64,000 nucleotides of DNA, taken from positions 1,742 through 65,741 of the forward strand of contig CAMAWM010000009.1 of NCBI GenBank assembly GCA_945861965.1, in the 5' to 3' direction. Of the stretch, positions 50,611-60,350 are shown one piece after another; the first letter of the stretch is position 1; each line of letters begins with the position of its first letter. Both the position numbers and the translations under genes were made by a program. The stretch comes from Chitinophaga pinensis. Its GTDB lineage: Bacteria > Bacteroidota > Bacteroidia > UKL13-3. Under the pieces are notes generated by a model. The model did not search any database. It was not told where the DNA came from and saw only the letters and a program-made list of their open reading frames with translations.

Positions 50611-52485
50611 ATGAAACAGTATAAAATATATTCATTCGTATTATTATTTATAACATTTGCCGCAAAAGGTCAATTTACATATAAATCAAATGCTATAAAT
50701 ACAGCACGAATTGCTGTAATTGATTTAAGTATTTCAGAACCGGAATACGATCCAAAATTAAAATTGATTCAATCCAATCCACAACCAATAACAAATTTAG
50801 ATAAGCTGAAATTGCAATTGGATGAAATTAGAAAAGTAAAATTAAACCGTACAAATACAAAATCTTCTCTTGGAAAAGCTGGAGCGCCTTTGCCAATACA
50901 ATTGAAAGGTTGGCCTGCAAATTATACGCAAGGAACACCAAACGACAACGACATTGCAATCAGTAACAATGGAATTATTGCAACTTCTGTCAATACAAAT
51001 GTTCGTTTTTATAACGATACGGGAATGTATCTATCAGGAAAATCTTTATCAAGTATCGCAAGACATTTTATTTCAAAAAAGGACACATCTGCATTAAACA
51101 GAACTTTTGATCCGCGAGTGATTTACGATCCAGAACAAGACCGATTTATTTTGGTTTTTATGCAAGGAAGTAGCAGTGTTGATACACGAATTGTTGTTGG
51201 ATTTACACAAACGAATGATCCAACAAAACTGTGGAATTTTTATATCATTCGAGGAAATATAACTGGCGATAGCAGTTGGAGCGATTACCCAATAATTTCA
51301 ATTACTAAAGACGAATTATTCATTACAGTAAATAGATTGAAAGACAATACTTATTGGAAAAATGGATTTATTGAAAGCTATGTTTGGCAAGTTGATAAAA
51401 TCAAAGGATACAATGGCGATTCGCTTTTTAAAAAGGTTTATTACGATATAAAATACAATGGCAATGCTATTTGGAGTATGTGTCCAGCAAAAGGCGGAAG
51501 TAAAAGTTATGGCCCAGGATTGAGTTTGTTTTCAGTTAAGCCGGACGAACTAATCAACGATTCTATTTTTGTAAATGACATAACAAATACAATTGCTTCA
51601 GGGAAAGCTGAAATGAAATTAAAAATACTTAGAACTAATAAGTCATACGGACTTCAGCCAAATGCAATACAACCAAACGGAAGAAAACTACAAACAAATG
51701 ATTCTCGTGTTTTAAGTGCGATGTATGAAAACGGAATATTTTATTTGGTTGGAAACTGCATTGACACTTCAACTTATAGCACAGGATTTTATTTGATTAC
51801 CATTGAAGATTATTGGAAAATAAATCCAAAAACAAACCTGCAATTATTTTCATCCGACACTATGGATTTTGGCTATCCAAGTATTGCGTATTGTGGCGGT
51901 GGGGTAGGAGACAATAGCGCAATGATTACATTTAGTCATGTGTCGCCAAAAAGTTTTCCTGGAACTTCACTTGCTTATGTTGCAAGAGATCTAACAATGT
52001 CAAATCCTGCAATTATGAAAGCAGGAGAGAGTGTAATTAGTTTAGGAATTGTTGTAGGCGATACTATAAATCGTTGGGGAGATTATACAGGGATTCAAAG
52101 AAAATACAACGAGCTTGGCGTTGTTTATTTTAGTGGAAGCTATGGATTTAATAACAACAATCTAACTTGGGTTGGAAAAGCCAAAAGTCAAGACGCAAGA
52201 TTGGCTATTGATAACGCAACAAATAAAAATTCGGACTTAACTATTTTTCCAATTCCAGCAAGCGAATATGTTTTTGTAAATTTTGAAGTGCCTGAAAAAA
52301 TTCAAGTTTATTTTGAGCTAATCGATATGCAAGGTAAAAAGATTCCATTGCTGCGCGATACAGCAAAATCAGGATTGAACAGCTTTTCTTTTAACACTTC
52401 AGATATTGCAAACGGAATTTATATGTTGAATGTTTTTAACGCTGAAAAAATAATTTTGTCTAAAAAAATTGTAGTTTCTCATTAA
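50611..52485 (+). CDS. secreted protein with T9SS type A C-terminal sorting domain
   Basis: Signal peptide; FDPR..YD..DRF, WSDYP, RWGDY motifs (propeller-like); CTD IFPIPA.E.V...LIDMQGK...G.Y.L...KKIVV. Confidence 0.8.
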   Translation: MKQYKIYSFVLLFITFAAKGQFTYKSNAINTARIAVIDLSISEPEYDPKLKLIQSNPQPITNLDKLKLQLDEIRKVKLNRTNTKSSLGKAGAPLPIQLKGWPANYTQGTPNDNDIAISNNGIIATSVNTNVRFYNDTGMYLSGKSLSSIARHFISKKDTSALNRTFDPRVIYDPEQDRFILVFMQGSSSVDTRIVVGFTQTNDPTKLWNFYIIRGNITGDSSWSDYPIISITKDELFITVNRLKDNTYWKNGFIESYVWQVDKIKGYNGDSLFKKVYYDIKYNGNAIWSMCPAKGGSKSYGPGLSLFSVKPDELINDSIFVNDITNTIASGKAEMKLKILRTNKSYGLQPNAIQPNGRKLQTNDSRVLSAMYENGIFYLVGNCIDTSTYSTGFYLITIEDYWKINPKTNLQLFSSDTMDFGYPSIAYCGGGVGDNSAMITFSHVSPKSFPGTSLAYVARDLTMSNPAIMKAGESVISLGIVVGDTINRWGDYTGIQRKYNELGVVYFSGSYGFNNNNLTWVGKAKSQDARLAIDNATNKNSDLTIFPIPASEYVFVNFEVPEKIQVYFELIDMQGKKIPLLRDTAKSGLNSFSFNTSDIANGIYMLNVFNAEKIILSKKIVVSH

Positions 52486-52510
52486 TTGAATTGATGATTT
52501 TCAAATTGTT

Positions 52511-53497
52511 TTATTTGATATCTTTTAACGATTTGATAAAAACTATTTTCCCCTTTTCTCTTTGCTGCAATCCATAATCATACGTTTTGTCGTAATACGC
52601 TAAAACTATTTTCAACCAATCAGAAAGATTGCCATTTGACAAATAACTTATTGCTTGATTTGTTTTTAAATCTCCCAAACGTTTTTTTAATTTTTGTGTT
52701 GAAGCAATAAGCAAGTCGATACCATATTTTGCATATTCATCTAAAATATTTTCCATCCTTTGTTCAAATGGAATTTGCAAAAAATAAATTTCGGCATTTC
52801 GCATTTGATCATACAAATTAGTTGGCGTTTGTAATATTCCCGTCATTCTTGATTCGTCTTCAATCCAAATGTTTTGATTTAAATCCAATTTATACATTTC
52901 AAATGCAAGATTATTTTCAAATTGTTCTTGAGTAGGTTGCGGAGGCAATCCAATATTTCCAAATGCCGAACCGCGATGATTGGCCAATGCTTCAATATCT
53001 ATTGTTTGCTTCCCATTATTTTTCATTTCATTCAGCAACTCAGTTTTTTTGCTTCCGGTATATCCACCTAAAATTTTTAATTTAAATTGCTGTTCGAATG
53101 TTTGAAGCACATGTTGCCTATACGATTTGTATCCACCCTCAAGAATTTTTATTTCGAAACCAGCTGTTTGTAAAAGATTAGCCATAATCTTACTTCGCAA
53201 TCCACCGCGCCAACAATGCATCATTATTTTTTTTTGAGGAAACAATTTATTGGCTGAAGAAATATATTCATGAAATTTATTCCCCACTAATTTATATCCA
53301 AGTATTACAGCTGCATCGTGGCCTTGTTCTTTGTAACAAGTTCCTACAGACGCTCTTTCTTCATTGTTTAACACTGGAAAATTTATCGCGCCCTGAATAT
53401 GTCCAGCATCAAATTCATTTGAACTGCGAACATCAAGCAATGGAAATTCATTCAAATTATTTAAAACAAATTCAGTTGTTACCAATTCAAATTCCAT
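52511..53497 (-). CDS. selU: tRNA 2-selenouridine synthase (SelU/MnmH)
   Basis: Rhodanese DVRS..EF..GHI.GA...CWRGGLRS; P-loop GYTGS.KT; ANHRGSAFG; EDES. Confidence 0.92.
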   Translation of the reverse strand: MEFELVTTEFVLNNLNEFPLLDVRSSNEFDAGHIQGAINFPVLNNEERASVGTCYKEQGHDAAVILGYKLVGNKFHEYISSANKLFPQKKIMMHCWRGGLRSKIMANLLQTAGFEIKILEGGYKSYRQHVLQTFEQQFKLKILGGYTGSKKTELLNEMKNNGKQTIDIEALANHRGSAFGNIGLPPQPTQEQFENNLAFEMYKLDLNQNIWIEDESRMTGILQTPTNLYDQMRNAEIYFLQIPFEQRMENILDEYAKYGIDLLIASTQKLKKRLGDLKTNQAISYLSNGNLSDWLKIVLAYYDKTYDYGLQQREKGKIVFIKSLKDIK

Positions 53498-53500
53498 TGA

Positions 53501-54172
53501 TTATTTATTTACTCTTTCTCCAAAAATTAAACTTCCAATTCGCAACATAGTACTTCCTTCATCTACGGCAATTAAATAATCTGAACTCATTCCAATTGAC
53601 AATTCGCAAAATAAATTTTGGCTTTTAAAATAGCTTGATTTCACTTCATCAAATATTTTTTTAATTGAAGCAAACTCATTTCGTATTTGCAATTCGTTTT
53701 CAGTATTGCTTGCCATTCCCATTAATCCAACAATTTCAATATTTGATAAATTGCAGTTTGGTAAAGTATTTAAAAGCTCAAACAATTCATCTTTCGATAA
53801 TCCAAACTTAGTTTCTTCTTCCGCTATAAAAACCTGCAACAATACTTTTTGAATTCGATTGTGCTTTGCCGCTTGTTTATTTATTTCAAGCAATAATTTT
53901 TTGCTATCAACTGAGTGAATTAAGTGAACAAATTGCGCTATGAATTTTACTTTGTTTGTTTGTAAATGTCCAATCAAATGCCACTCAATATCCGAAGGGA
54001 GTTCTGATTGTTTTGTGCAAAGTTCCTGTACTTTATTTTCAGCAAAAATTTTGTGTCCAGAATTGTATGCTTCTAAAATCTCTTGATTAGATTGCGTTTT
54101 GCTAACAGCAATTAATTTTATTTTAGGATTAGATTCTTGCTTTATTTTTTCAATATTTGCAGCGATGCTCAT
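53501..54172 (-). CDS. yggS: YggS family PLP homeostasis protein
   Basis: LIAVSKT, ENKVQE, WHLIGHLQTNK, GMSSDY, RIGS.IFG; start ATG 54172. Confidence 0.95.
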   Translation of the reverse strand: MSIAANIEKIKQESNPKIKLIAVSKTQSNQEILEAYNSGHKIFAENKVQELCTKQSELPSDIEWHLIGHLQTNKVKFIAQFVHLIHSVDSKKLLLEINKQAAKHNRIQKVLLQVFIAEEETKFGLSKDELFELLNTLPNCNLSNIEIVGLMGMASNTENELQIRNEFASIKKIFDEVKSSYFKSQNLFCELSIGMSSDYLIAVDEGSTMLRIGSLIFGERVNK

Positions 54173-54182
54173 TTTTAATAAT

Positions 54183-54518
54183 ATGGTTTGCAAATATGCA
54201 CTTGTACTTTTAATGTTTTGTATTTTTTCGTGCGATGAAAACAAACAAAAACCAGTTCCATTTATCGCAAGAGATAAAATGGCTGCAATTCTTTCCGATC
54301 TTCATATTGCCGAAGCGGGAATAAACAACAGCACTTCAAACAAAGATAGTATTGCTGCAAAAATGAAAAGCTACCAACAGTTTATATTCGAAAAATTTGC
54401 GGTTAACGAAACTCAGTTTAACGAAAACTTCGAGTATTATTTAAAAAACACTTCTGAGTTGGATAGTGTTTACAGCGATGTGCTTTCAAATATCAACAAG
54501 ATTCAATTAAAGAAATAA
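54183..54518 (+). CDS. DUF4296 family lipoprotein
   Basis: Lipobox FSC; I..DKMAAIL.DLHIAEA...IFEKF.V...QF..NF.YY. Confidence 0.8.
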   Translation: MVCKYALVLLMFCIFSCDENKQKPVPFIARDKMAAILSDLHIAEAGINNSTSNKDSIAAKMKSYQQFIFEKFAVNETQFNENFEYYLKNTSELDSVYSDVLSNINKIQLKK

Positions 54519-54524
54519 TCTAGA

Positions 54525-54930
54525 TTATTTGTCCCAGCCGTCTTCTTTTTCAATCTCGTCTTCATCGCCCCATGAACTTTTGTTTTTAAATTTTCTAGGA
54601 ATTGGTACTATTATTTCTCGATCGTATTTCCAATTAAATAATAAAGATGGTATTGTCCCATAAAATGGAACTAATGCAAAAAGAATTGTACCTGCAGTTA
54701 TTTTTCGTTTAATGGTGATTGGAAGTGATTTCATTTCCTTTAAAATCTTTTACAGAAACATGCTTTGCATTTGGAAGTCCATTTCGCGTAATTGTTACAG
54801 GGCTTGTGCCTCTGTTTTCTCCATCTATATAAATATTGGCTTTGATATTATGACTTAAACTAATTCTTGTCGTACCGCAACTAACAAATACCAATAATAA
54901 TATGAAAAGTAAAGAATGGTTTATTCTCAT
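54525..54930 (-). pseudogene. PEGA-domain lipoprotein, frameshifted near 54720
   Basis: Lipobox FVSC and ANIYIDG..RGTSPVTI PEGA motif in 54709..54930; protein continues in another frame (ITIKRKITAG...) to stop 54525. Confidence 0.7.
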
Positions 54931-55969
54931 TATTTTCTAAATAATATTTCTAAACGCATCATAATTCCAGCTGATGTGCCAAAGCTTTTATCTTTAGTGG
55001 AATAAAAACTTGAAGTATAATCCGTTTCATATCCTTTTACATTATAAAATCCTTGAAAATAGTTTGCTGAAATTCTTATAGATACGGATGAAGTTCTATT
55101 GAAAATATAACCACCACCAGCCAATAGCATCATTCCATTTCCAAACCCCTCTTCATAATAATTTCTTCCCGGGGTATAATCCGATCTAATTTCGTAATCA
55201 GTAAGTGAAAAAGAAGCGCCTAAATTCCAAAATGGTGTATTGCTTTTATTATTATAAGTGGTTTATTCATTTCAAGTGCTAAGGACAATATATCATATTC
55301 ACTATTAAAGCACCAAGATGGTTTTATATCGAAAATATAATCTCGTGCATCAAAACTCCAATTTAAACTAAAACCAGAAAGCATTGCATTTTTATCAAAA
55401 TTATAACCATGTGTTAAAGTTGGAATTGCGCATAAACCAACTCCAAAATTATTGCTTGCTTGTTTTTTCTTTAATTCTTGTTGTTCGGTCGCAGTTACTG
55501 AATAAATATCATCTGAATTATCGCCTTTATTTACCGTGCCTAAGTTTTGAGCCATTCTTAGTAATATGGGGTCTAAATCTTCGGGTCCTTGCGCTTTTAA
55601 TTTATCGCTCCACACTTTTGTTCCGTTTGCAGTTTCGTACATTGATAAAGATACAATAACCACTTCGCCCATTCTATTTAATGAACCTAATAAATAATAT
55701 TTAGCTCCCAATTCAATTGCTTTTGATTTTACAGCATCCGCATTTTCTGAATTCACAACATTGCTGTCTGATTTAGTTTGCATAATTGAAATGTATTTAT
55801 TTTGCAAGTCTGTGTAATCTTTTAATAATCTTGATGTAGAATATGAATAATCTTTTTTCATATTTATCACCTCAAACAAAGGAATAAATACTTTGTCTTG
55901 TGCCAATAGTACATTCTGCAAACAAAGCATTGATGCTAATGCTACTATCATTTTCGAATACATTTTCAT
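54930..55969 (-). pseudogene. secreted TolB-N/CsgG-like domain + beta-barrel protein, frameshifted near 55250
   Basis: ORF 55220..55969 changes frame around CCACTTATAATAATAAAAGC; the other frame reads YNNKSNTPFWNLGASF...GNGMMLLAGGGY...LEILFRK without stops to 54930. Confidence 0.7.
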
Positions 55970-56009
55970 ACGTATATTTTTATTATTTATAAAGCGAATA
56001 TAGCAGAAA

Positions 56010-56996
56010 TTAATTAATTAATTCCCATAGCTTATCTTTCAGTTTATCAATTGCCAAACCTGTTGCTGAGCTAATAAATGCATGCGGAATTTTCGGTAGG
56101 TTTTTTTTCAGTACTGCAATTTGCTCTTCTGAAATTAAATCACATTTTGTAATGGCCAACAATCTTTTTTTATCCAACAATTCTTTGTTGTATTTTTTCA
56201 ATTCATTCAATAAAATGGTGTATTCCTTTTTAATGTCATCGCTAGTTGCCGGAATCATAAAAAGCAAGCTTGCATTTCGTTCGATATGTTTTAAAAATCG
56301 AGTTCCCAATCCTTTTCCTTCGCTTGCACCTTCAATTATTCCTGGAATATCTGCCATCACAAAACTTTGAAAATTTCGATACTCAACTATTCCAAGGTTT
56401 GGAACCAACGTTGTAAAAGGATAATCCGCAATTTCAGGCTTAGCTGCCGAAACTACAGAGAGAAGCGTAGATTTTCCGGCATTAGGAAATCCAACCAAAC
56501 CAACATCGGCAAGAATTTTAAGCTCAAGAACTTTCCATTCTTCTTTTCCGTCTTCGCCAGGTTGCGATCTTCTTGGAGTTTGATTGGTCGAAGTTTTGAA
56601 ATTGTGATTCCCCAATCCACCTCTTCCACCTTTTAATATTATTTTTTCTTCGTTGTTTTCTGTTATTTCAAAAACAATTTCTCCTGTTTCAAAATCTCGG
56701 GCAACTGTACCCAGCGGAACTTCAATAATTTTATCTTTCCCGTCTTTTCCACTTCTTAGTCCGCCTTCACCTCTTGCGCCACTTTCTGCCATTATGTGTT
56801 TGCGAAATTTCAAATGAAGCAATGTCCATAAATTAGAATTTCCTTTTAATATAATATTTCCGCCTCTTCCTCCGTTTCCACCATCCGGACCGCCCATTGC
56901 AGTATTTTTATCGCGATGAAAGTGCATAGCTCCAGAGCCGCCTTTTCCAGTACGACAACATATTTTTACATAGTCAACAAAGTTTGATTCGGACAT
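56010..56996 (-). CDS. obgE: GTPase ObgE/CgtA
   Basis: Gly-rich Obg fold, [22 protein letters not shown]. Confidence 0.97.
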   Translation of the reverse strand: MSESNFVDYVKICCRTGKGGSGAMHFHRDKNTAMGGPDGGNGGRGGNIILKGNSNLWTLLHLKFRKHIMAESGARGEGGLRSGKDGKDKIIEVPLGTVARDFETGEIVFEITENNEEKIILKGGRGGLGNHNFKTSTNQTPRRSQPGEDGKEEWKVLELKILADVGLVGFPNAGKSTLLSVVSAAKPEIADYPFTTLVPNLGIVEYRNFQSFVMADIPGIIEGASEGKGLGTRFLKHIERNASLLFMIPATSDDIKKEYTILLNELKKYNKELLDKKRLLAITKCDLISEEQIAVLKKNLPKIPHAFISSATGLAIDKLKDKLWELIN

Positions 56997-57007
56997 TATA
57001 AGTAATA

Positions 57008-57039
57008 AATTAGTGAATTATTGAATTTGTAATTTAGTG
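57008..57039 (+). repeat. degenerate octamer tandem array (AATTAGTG-like x4) at the 3' flank of the four-helix-bundle gene
   Basis: AATTAGTG AATTATTG AATTTGTA ATTTAGTG. Confidence 0.6.
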
Positions 57040-57057
57040 ATTGTATATGAAAATAAT

Positions 57058-57438
57058 TTATTCGGTTTTTTTACAAATATTCTCACTTACTGTTTTATGA
57101 GCTTTAGAAAATACTTGTACTATTTCAATGCTTTCTGTTTTTAAATGAGCTAATATTTCCGATTTGCTAATTTCAGACTTCTCAACAATTTCTATCCAAA
57201 GTAAAGTTTCATCTGCCTCTTCTATTGTGATGCTAAGATTAGCGTGCAATTCTTTTTGAGATATGCCTCTACACGCGGCACGATAGTTTGCTGCAACTGA
57301 TGTAGCTGATCGAATAATTTGCCTTCCTACAATTTTAGATTCCTCAGTTTTTGGCAAAGTTTGGTATAGTTTAATTATTTCTATGGCTAAATTTTTTGTT
57401 CTTTTTCTAAAAGTTTCCGCAAAATCATATTTTCCCAT
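57058..57438 (-). CDS. four helix bundle protein (23S rRNA IVS protein / bAvd-like family)
   Basis: RTK.LA..IIKLY..LPK..E..I.GRQ..RSATSVAANYRAACR...EEADETL.W. Confidence 0.9.
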   Translation of the reverse strand: MGKYDFAETFRKRTKNLAIEIIKLYQTLPKTEESKIVGRQIIRSATSVAANYRAACRGISQKELHANLSITIEEADETLLWIEIVEKSEISKSEILAHLKTESIEIVQVFSKAHKTVSENICKKTE

Positions 57439-57464
57439 TTACAATAATACTAATTTGACAATAA

Positions 57465-57503
57465 AATTTATTCGCTATTCATTCATTCACCAATTCGCTA
57501 ATT
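57465..57503 (-). repeat. degenerate octamer tandem array at the 5' flank of the four-helix-bundle gene, inverted relative to the 3' array
   Basis: Minus strand AATTAGCG AATTGGTG AATGAATG AATAGCG AATAAATT; the first unit contains the adk TAG stop. Confidence 0.6.
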
Positions 57504-58070
57504 GTTATCAATTGCAGAGCACAACAATTCGAAAATAGTTGCAATCTCTCCAACTCCATTTACTCCTTTGTATTTATTTTGTGAAGTATAAAATTCTTTT
57601 AAAGGCAAAGTTTTTTTGTTGTACTCATCAATTCGGTTTTGAATAACCTCTGGATTTTGATCATCTGCTCGCCCGCTATCTTTACCTCTTAACAAAAGTC
57701 TTTTTCGCAATTCGTTTTCTTCTACTTCCAAAGCCAACATCATTGTTATAGATTGATTTTTCGAAAATAAAAATTCGTCTAAAGCTTTTGCTTGAGTTTC
57801 TGTGCGAGGAAATCCATCAAAAATAAATCCGTTTGAATTTTGATGTTTGTCAATTTCGCTTTCAAGCATTTTAATTGTTAGTTCGTCTGGCACAAGCTGT
57901 CCACTATCAAGATATGTTTTTGCCAATGCTCCAAGATTAGTTTCGTTTTTTATGTTTGCTCTAAAAATATCGCCAGTGGATAAGTGAACAAGATTATATT
58001 TCGCTAAAAGCTTTTCTGATTGGGTTCCTTTCCCTGCTCCAGGAGGGCCAAACAATACAATATTCAACAT
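57498..58070 (-). CDS. adk: adenylate kinase (short LID)
   Basis: GPPGAGKGTQ, STGDIFR, DGFPR, R.DD; start ATG 58070. Confidence 0.97.
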   Translation of the reverse strand: MLNIVLFGPPGAGKGTQSEKLLAKYNLVHLSTGDIFRANIKNETNLGALAKTYLDSGQLVPDELTIKMLESEIDKHQNSNGFIFDGFPRTETQAKALDEFLFSKNQSITMMLALEVEENELRKRLLLRGKDSGRADDQNPEVIQNRIDEYNKKTLPLKEFYTSQNKYKGVNGVGEIATIFELLCSAIDNN

Positions 58071-58134
58071 TTTTAAGGATGATTTACACAGCAATTTTAT
58101 TAAAACATTTCAAACAAAATAAGTTTATTTACTT

Positions 58135-58584
58135 TTGTTGCAAACAATCATAAAAGTGCAGATAAATATTTTGACATTAGATACAATTAACAAAACGGCT
58201 GCTGCTATTATTAAACATGCAAACGGCAGAATGATTTGGACTTTTAAAGGCGAAATGGGATCTGGGAAAACAACACTAATTAAAGCAATTTGTAAATTAT
58301 TAGGAACAAATGATGACATATGCAGTCCAACTTTTTCATTAGTAAATGAATATCTGTTGTATGAAAAAAATAACATTTCAAGCAACAAAGTTTTTCATTT
58401 CGACTTTTATAGGATTAATAATTTGAATGAAGTATATGATATTGGATACGAAGATTATTTCTACAGTGGAAATATTTGCATGATTGAATGGCCAGAAAAA
58501 ATTGCAGAGTTATTACTAGAAGAAAATGTTTTTGAAATTAAAATCGAAATAGTAAATTCAATTCGTCAAATATATTTCAATTAA
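58135..58584 (+). CDS. tsaE: tRNA threonylcarbamoyladenosine biosynthesis ATPase TsaE
   Basis: GEMGSGKTT, SPTFSLVNEY, HFDFYR, IEWPE; start uncertain (possibly GTG 58156). Confidence 0.95.
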   Translation: MLQTIIKVQINILTLDTINKTAAAIIKHANGRMIWTFKGEMGSGKTTLIKAICKLLGTNDDICSPTFSLVNEYLLYEKNNISSNKVFHFDFYRINNLNEVYDIGYEDYFYSGNICMIEWPEKIAELLLEENVFEIKIEIVNSIRQIYFN

Positions 58585-58597
58585 AATCAAACCGAAT

Positions 58598-59839
58598 TTA
58601 TAGCTCTAACAAAATTTTCCTTAACATATCCAAAGCAACGATTGAAGTTTTCTGAATGTTGTATTCTCGGTTTTCACCAAAGTTCGATTTCTTTGTAATT
58701 GTTTTTTCTTTTGTTGCAATTGCAATCCAAACTGTGCCAACTGGTTTTTCATTTGTGCCGCCATCAGGTCCTGCAATTCCACTTGCAGAAATTGCATAAT
58801 CCACATTGAATTTTTTAAAAATTCCTTCAGCCATTTGAACAACACATTCTTCACTTACTGCTCCTAAAGTATTTAAAACATTTTTACTTACTCCCAATTC
58901 TGATTCTTTTATAGCATAAGAATATGCAATGATGCTTCCCAAATAAAATTTTGAACTTCCAGCAACAGAAGTTAATTGATGAGCAATGTATCCACCCGAA
59001 CAACTCTCTGCAGTTGCTACAGTTTTATTATTCTGCATTAATAATTTCCCAACTGAATTTGCTAAAGAATCATTTCCTTCTCCGTAAATATATTCAGCAA
59101 TTTCAAAATAAATTTTTTCGGCAAATACATTAACTTCTTTTTCAAGTAAACTTTTGTTTTCACCAAAAGCGCTCAAACGTAAACGGACCATATTAACCGA
59201 AGGAAGGTAAGCTAGCTTAATATGCGATGGCAATTCATCTTCAATATATTTTATTTTATCAGCCAAAAAACTTTCGCCAATTGAAACAGTATTTATAGTG
59301 CGATTAAAAATACTTGGCAATGAAAATTTTTGTTTGATGCGTGGTAAAACTTCTTCATCAAAAATTGTTTTCATTTCAAACGGAACTCCAGGAAGCGAAA
59401 TAAAAATTTTATTGTTTTCATTAAACCACATTCCAGGTGCAGTTCCTGTTCTGTTAAATAATATTTCACAATTCAATGGAACCATTGCTTGCAACAAATT
59501 AGATTCAAGCATCGGAAGATTTTTGTTGTTAAATATTTTACATACCCAATCTTTAACAATTTTATTTTCAATTAAAGTAGTATTAAAATATTCGCACAAA
59601 GTAGCTTTGGTTATATCATCATTTGTTGGTCCTAATCCACCAGTTAAAATAATTATATCTGCTCGCAATTCGGCATCGTGCAAAGAATCTAAAATCTGCT
59701 TACGGTTGTCACCACAAGCAGTTCGCTGATACAATTGAATTCCAACTTCTGTAAGTCTCTGACCAATCCATGCGCTGTTTGTATCAATTACTTGACCAAT
59801 TAATAATTCATCTCCTATAGTTATTATCTCAGCTTTCAC
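58598..59839 (-). CDS. cinA: competence/damage-inducible protein A (NMN deamidase CinA)
   Basis: IGDELL.G...DTN, GGLGPT.DDIT, LPGVP.EM, TAESCSGG, SGIAGPDGG. Confidence 0.95.
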   Translation of the reverse strand: MKAEIITIGDELLIGQVIDTNSAWIGQRLTEVGIQLYQRTACGDNRKQILDSLHDAELRADIIILTGGLGPTNDDITKATLCEYFNTTLIENKIVKDWVCKIFNNKNLPMLESNLLQAMVPLNCEILFNRTGTAPGMWFNENNKIFISLPGVPFEMKTIFDEEVLPRIKQKFSLPSIFNRTINTVSIGESFLADKIKYIEDELPSHIKLAYLPSVNMVRLRLSAFGENKSLLEKEVNVFAEKIYFEIAEYIYGEGNDSLANSVGKLLMQNNKTVATAESCSGGYIAHQLTSVAGSSKFYLGSIIAYSYAIKESELGVSKNVLNTLGAVSEECVVQMAEGIFKKFNVDYAISASGIAGPDGGTNEKPVGTVWIAIATKEKTITKKSNFGENREYNIQKTSIVALDMLRKILLEL

Positions 59840-60320
59840 TTTTTCAAAAATAATTTAAAATTACTTTTTGTTAAATTAATTTTTCAATAAAAAAATCAAC
59901 TTATATGTTTCATTAAAAAAATAAAAAATCGAAGTGTATAAAATAATGTACTTATTTTTATTCTTTTTACATTAAAAAAAATGAAAGTTAAAATGTAAAA
60001 TCATTTTTTAAAATCTAGAGAAAATATAAATAAAAAACAAATAGTAAAAAATCAAACTGCTCGAAACGCCTGTAATATCAATACTATCGGGCGATTGAAA
60101 ATATTTATTTTCTCGTTCAATTAAATTTTATTTTCAAAATAATTACAATGAAATCAAAACGTACTCAATTTTTTAATTAATCAAAAATCAAAGAGTTAAT
60201 CACATTTCACTAAAACATAAAATCATTGCAAGTGATTGTGAATTCAAATGTTTACGGAATTCGTATTCACTTATCAACACATTTAAAAGTACTTTTAAAA
60301 AAAACTAAAGATTGAAAAAC

Positions 60321-60350
60321 TTGCATATTTATTTTCGTATTATAAATTTG
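60321..60350 (+). promoter_or_regulatory. sigma-A promoter of the histone-like gene
   Basis: TTG (60321) - 19 nt - TAAATTTG (60343), 36 nt upstream of ATG 60387. Confidence 0.7.

Noticed and set aside
52511-53497. Selenocysteine (UGA) recoding in the window, prompted by selU
   Set aside because: The TGA-ending genes I checked (2170, 18790, 22548, 60656) end at natural C-termini, and the two broken genes are frameshifts rather than in-frame UGA.
57058-57438. Diversity-generating retroelement suggested by the Avd-like gene
   Set aside because: No reverse transcriptase and no template/variable repeat pair seen in the window.
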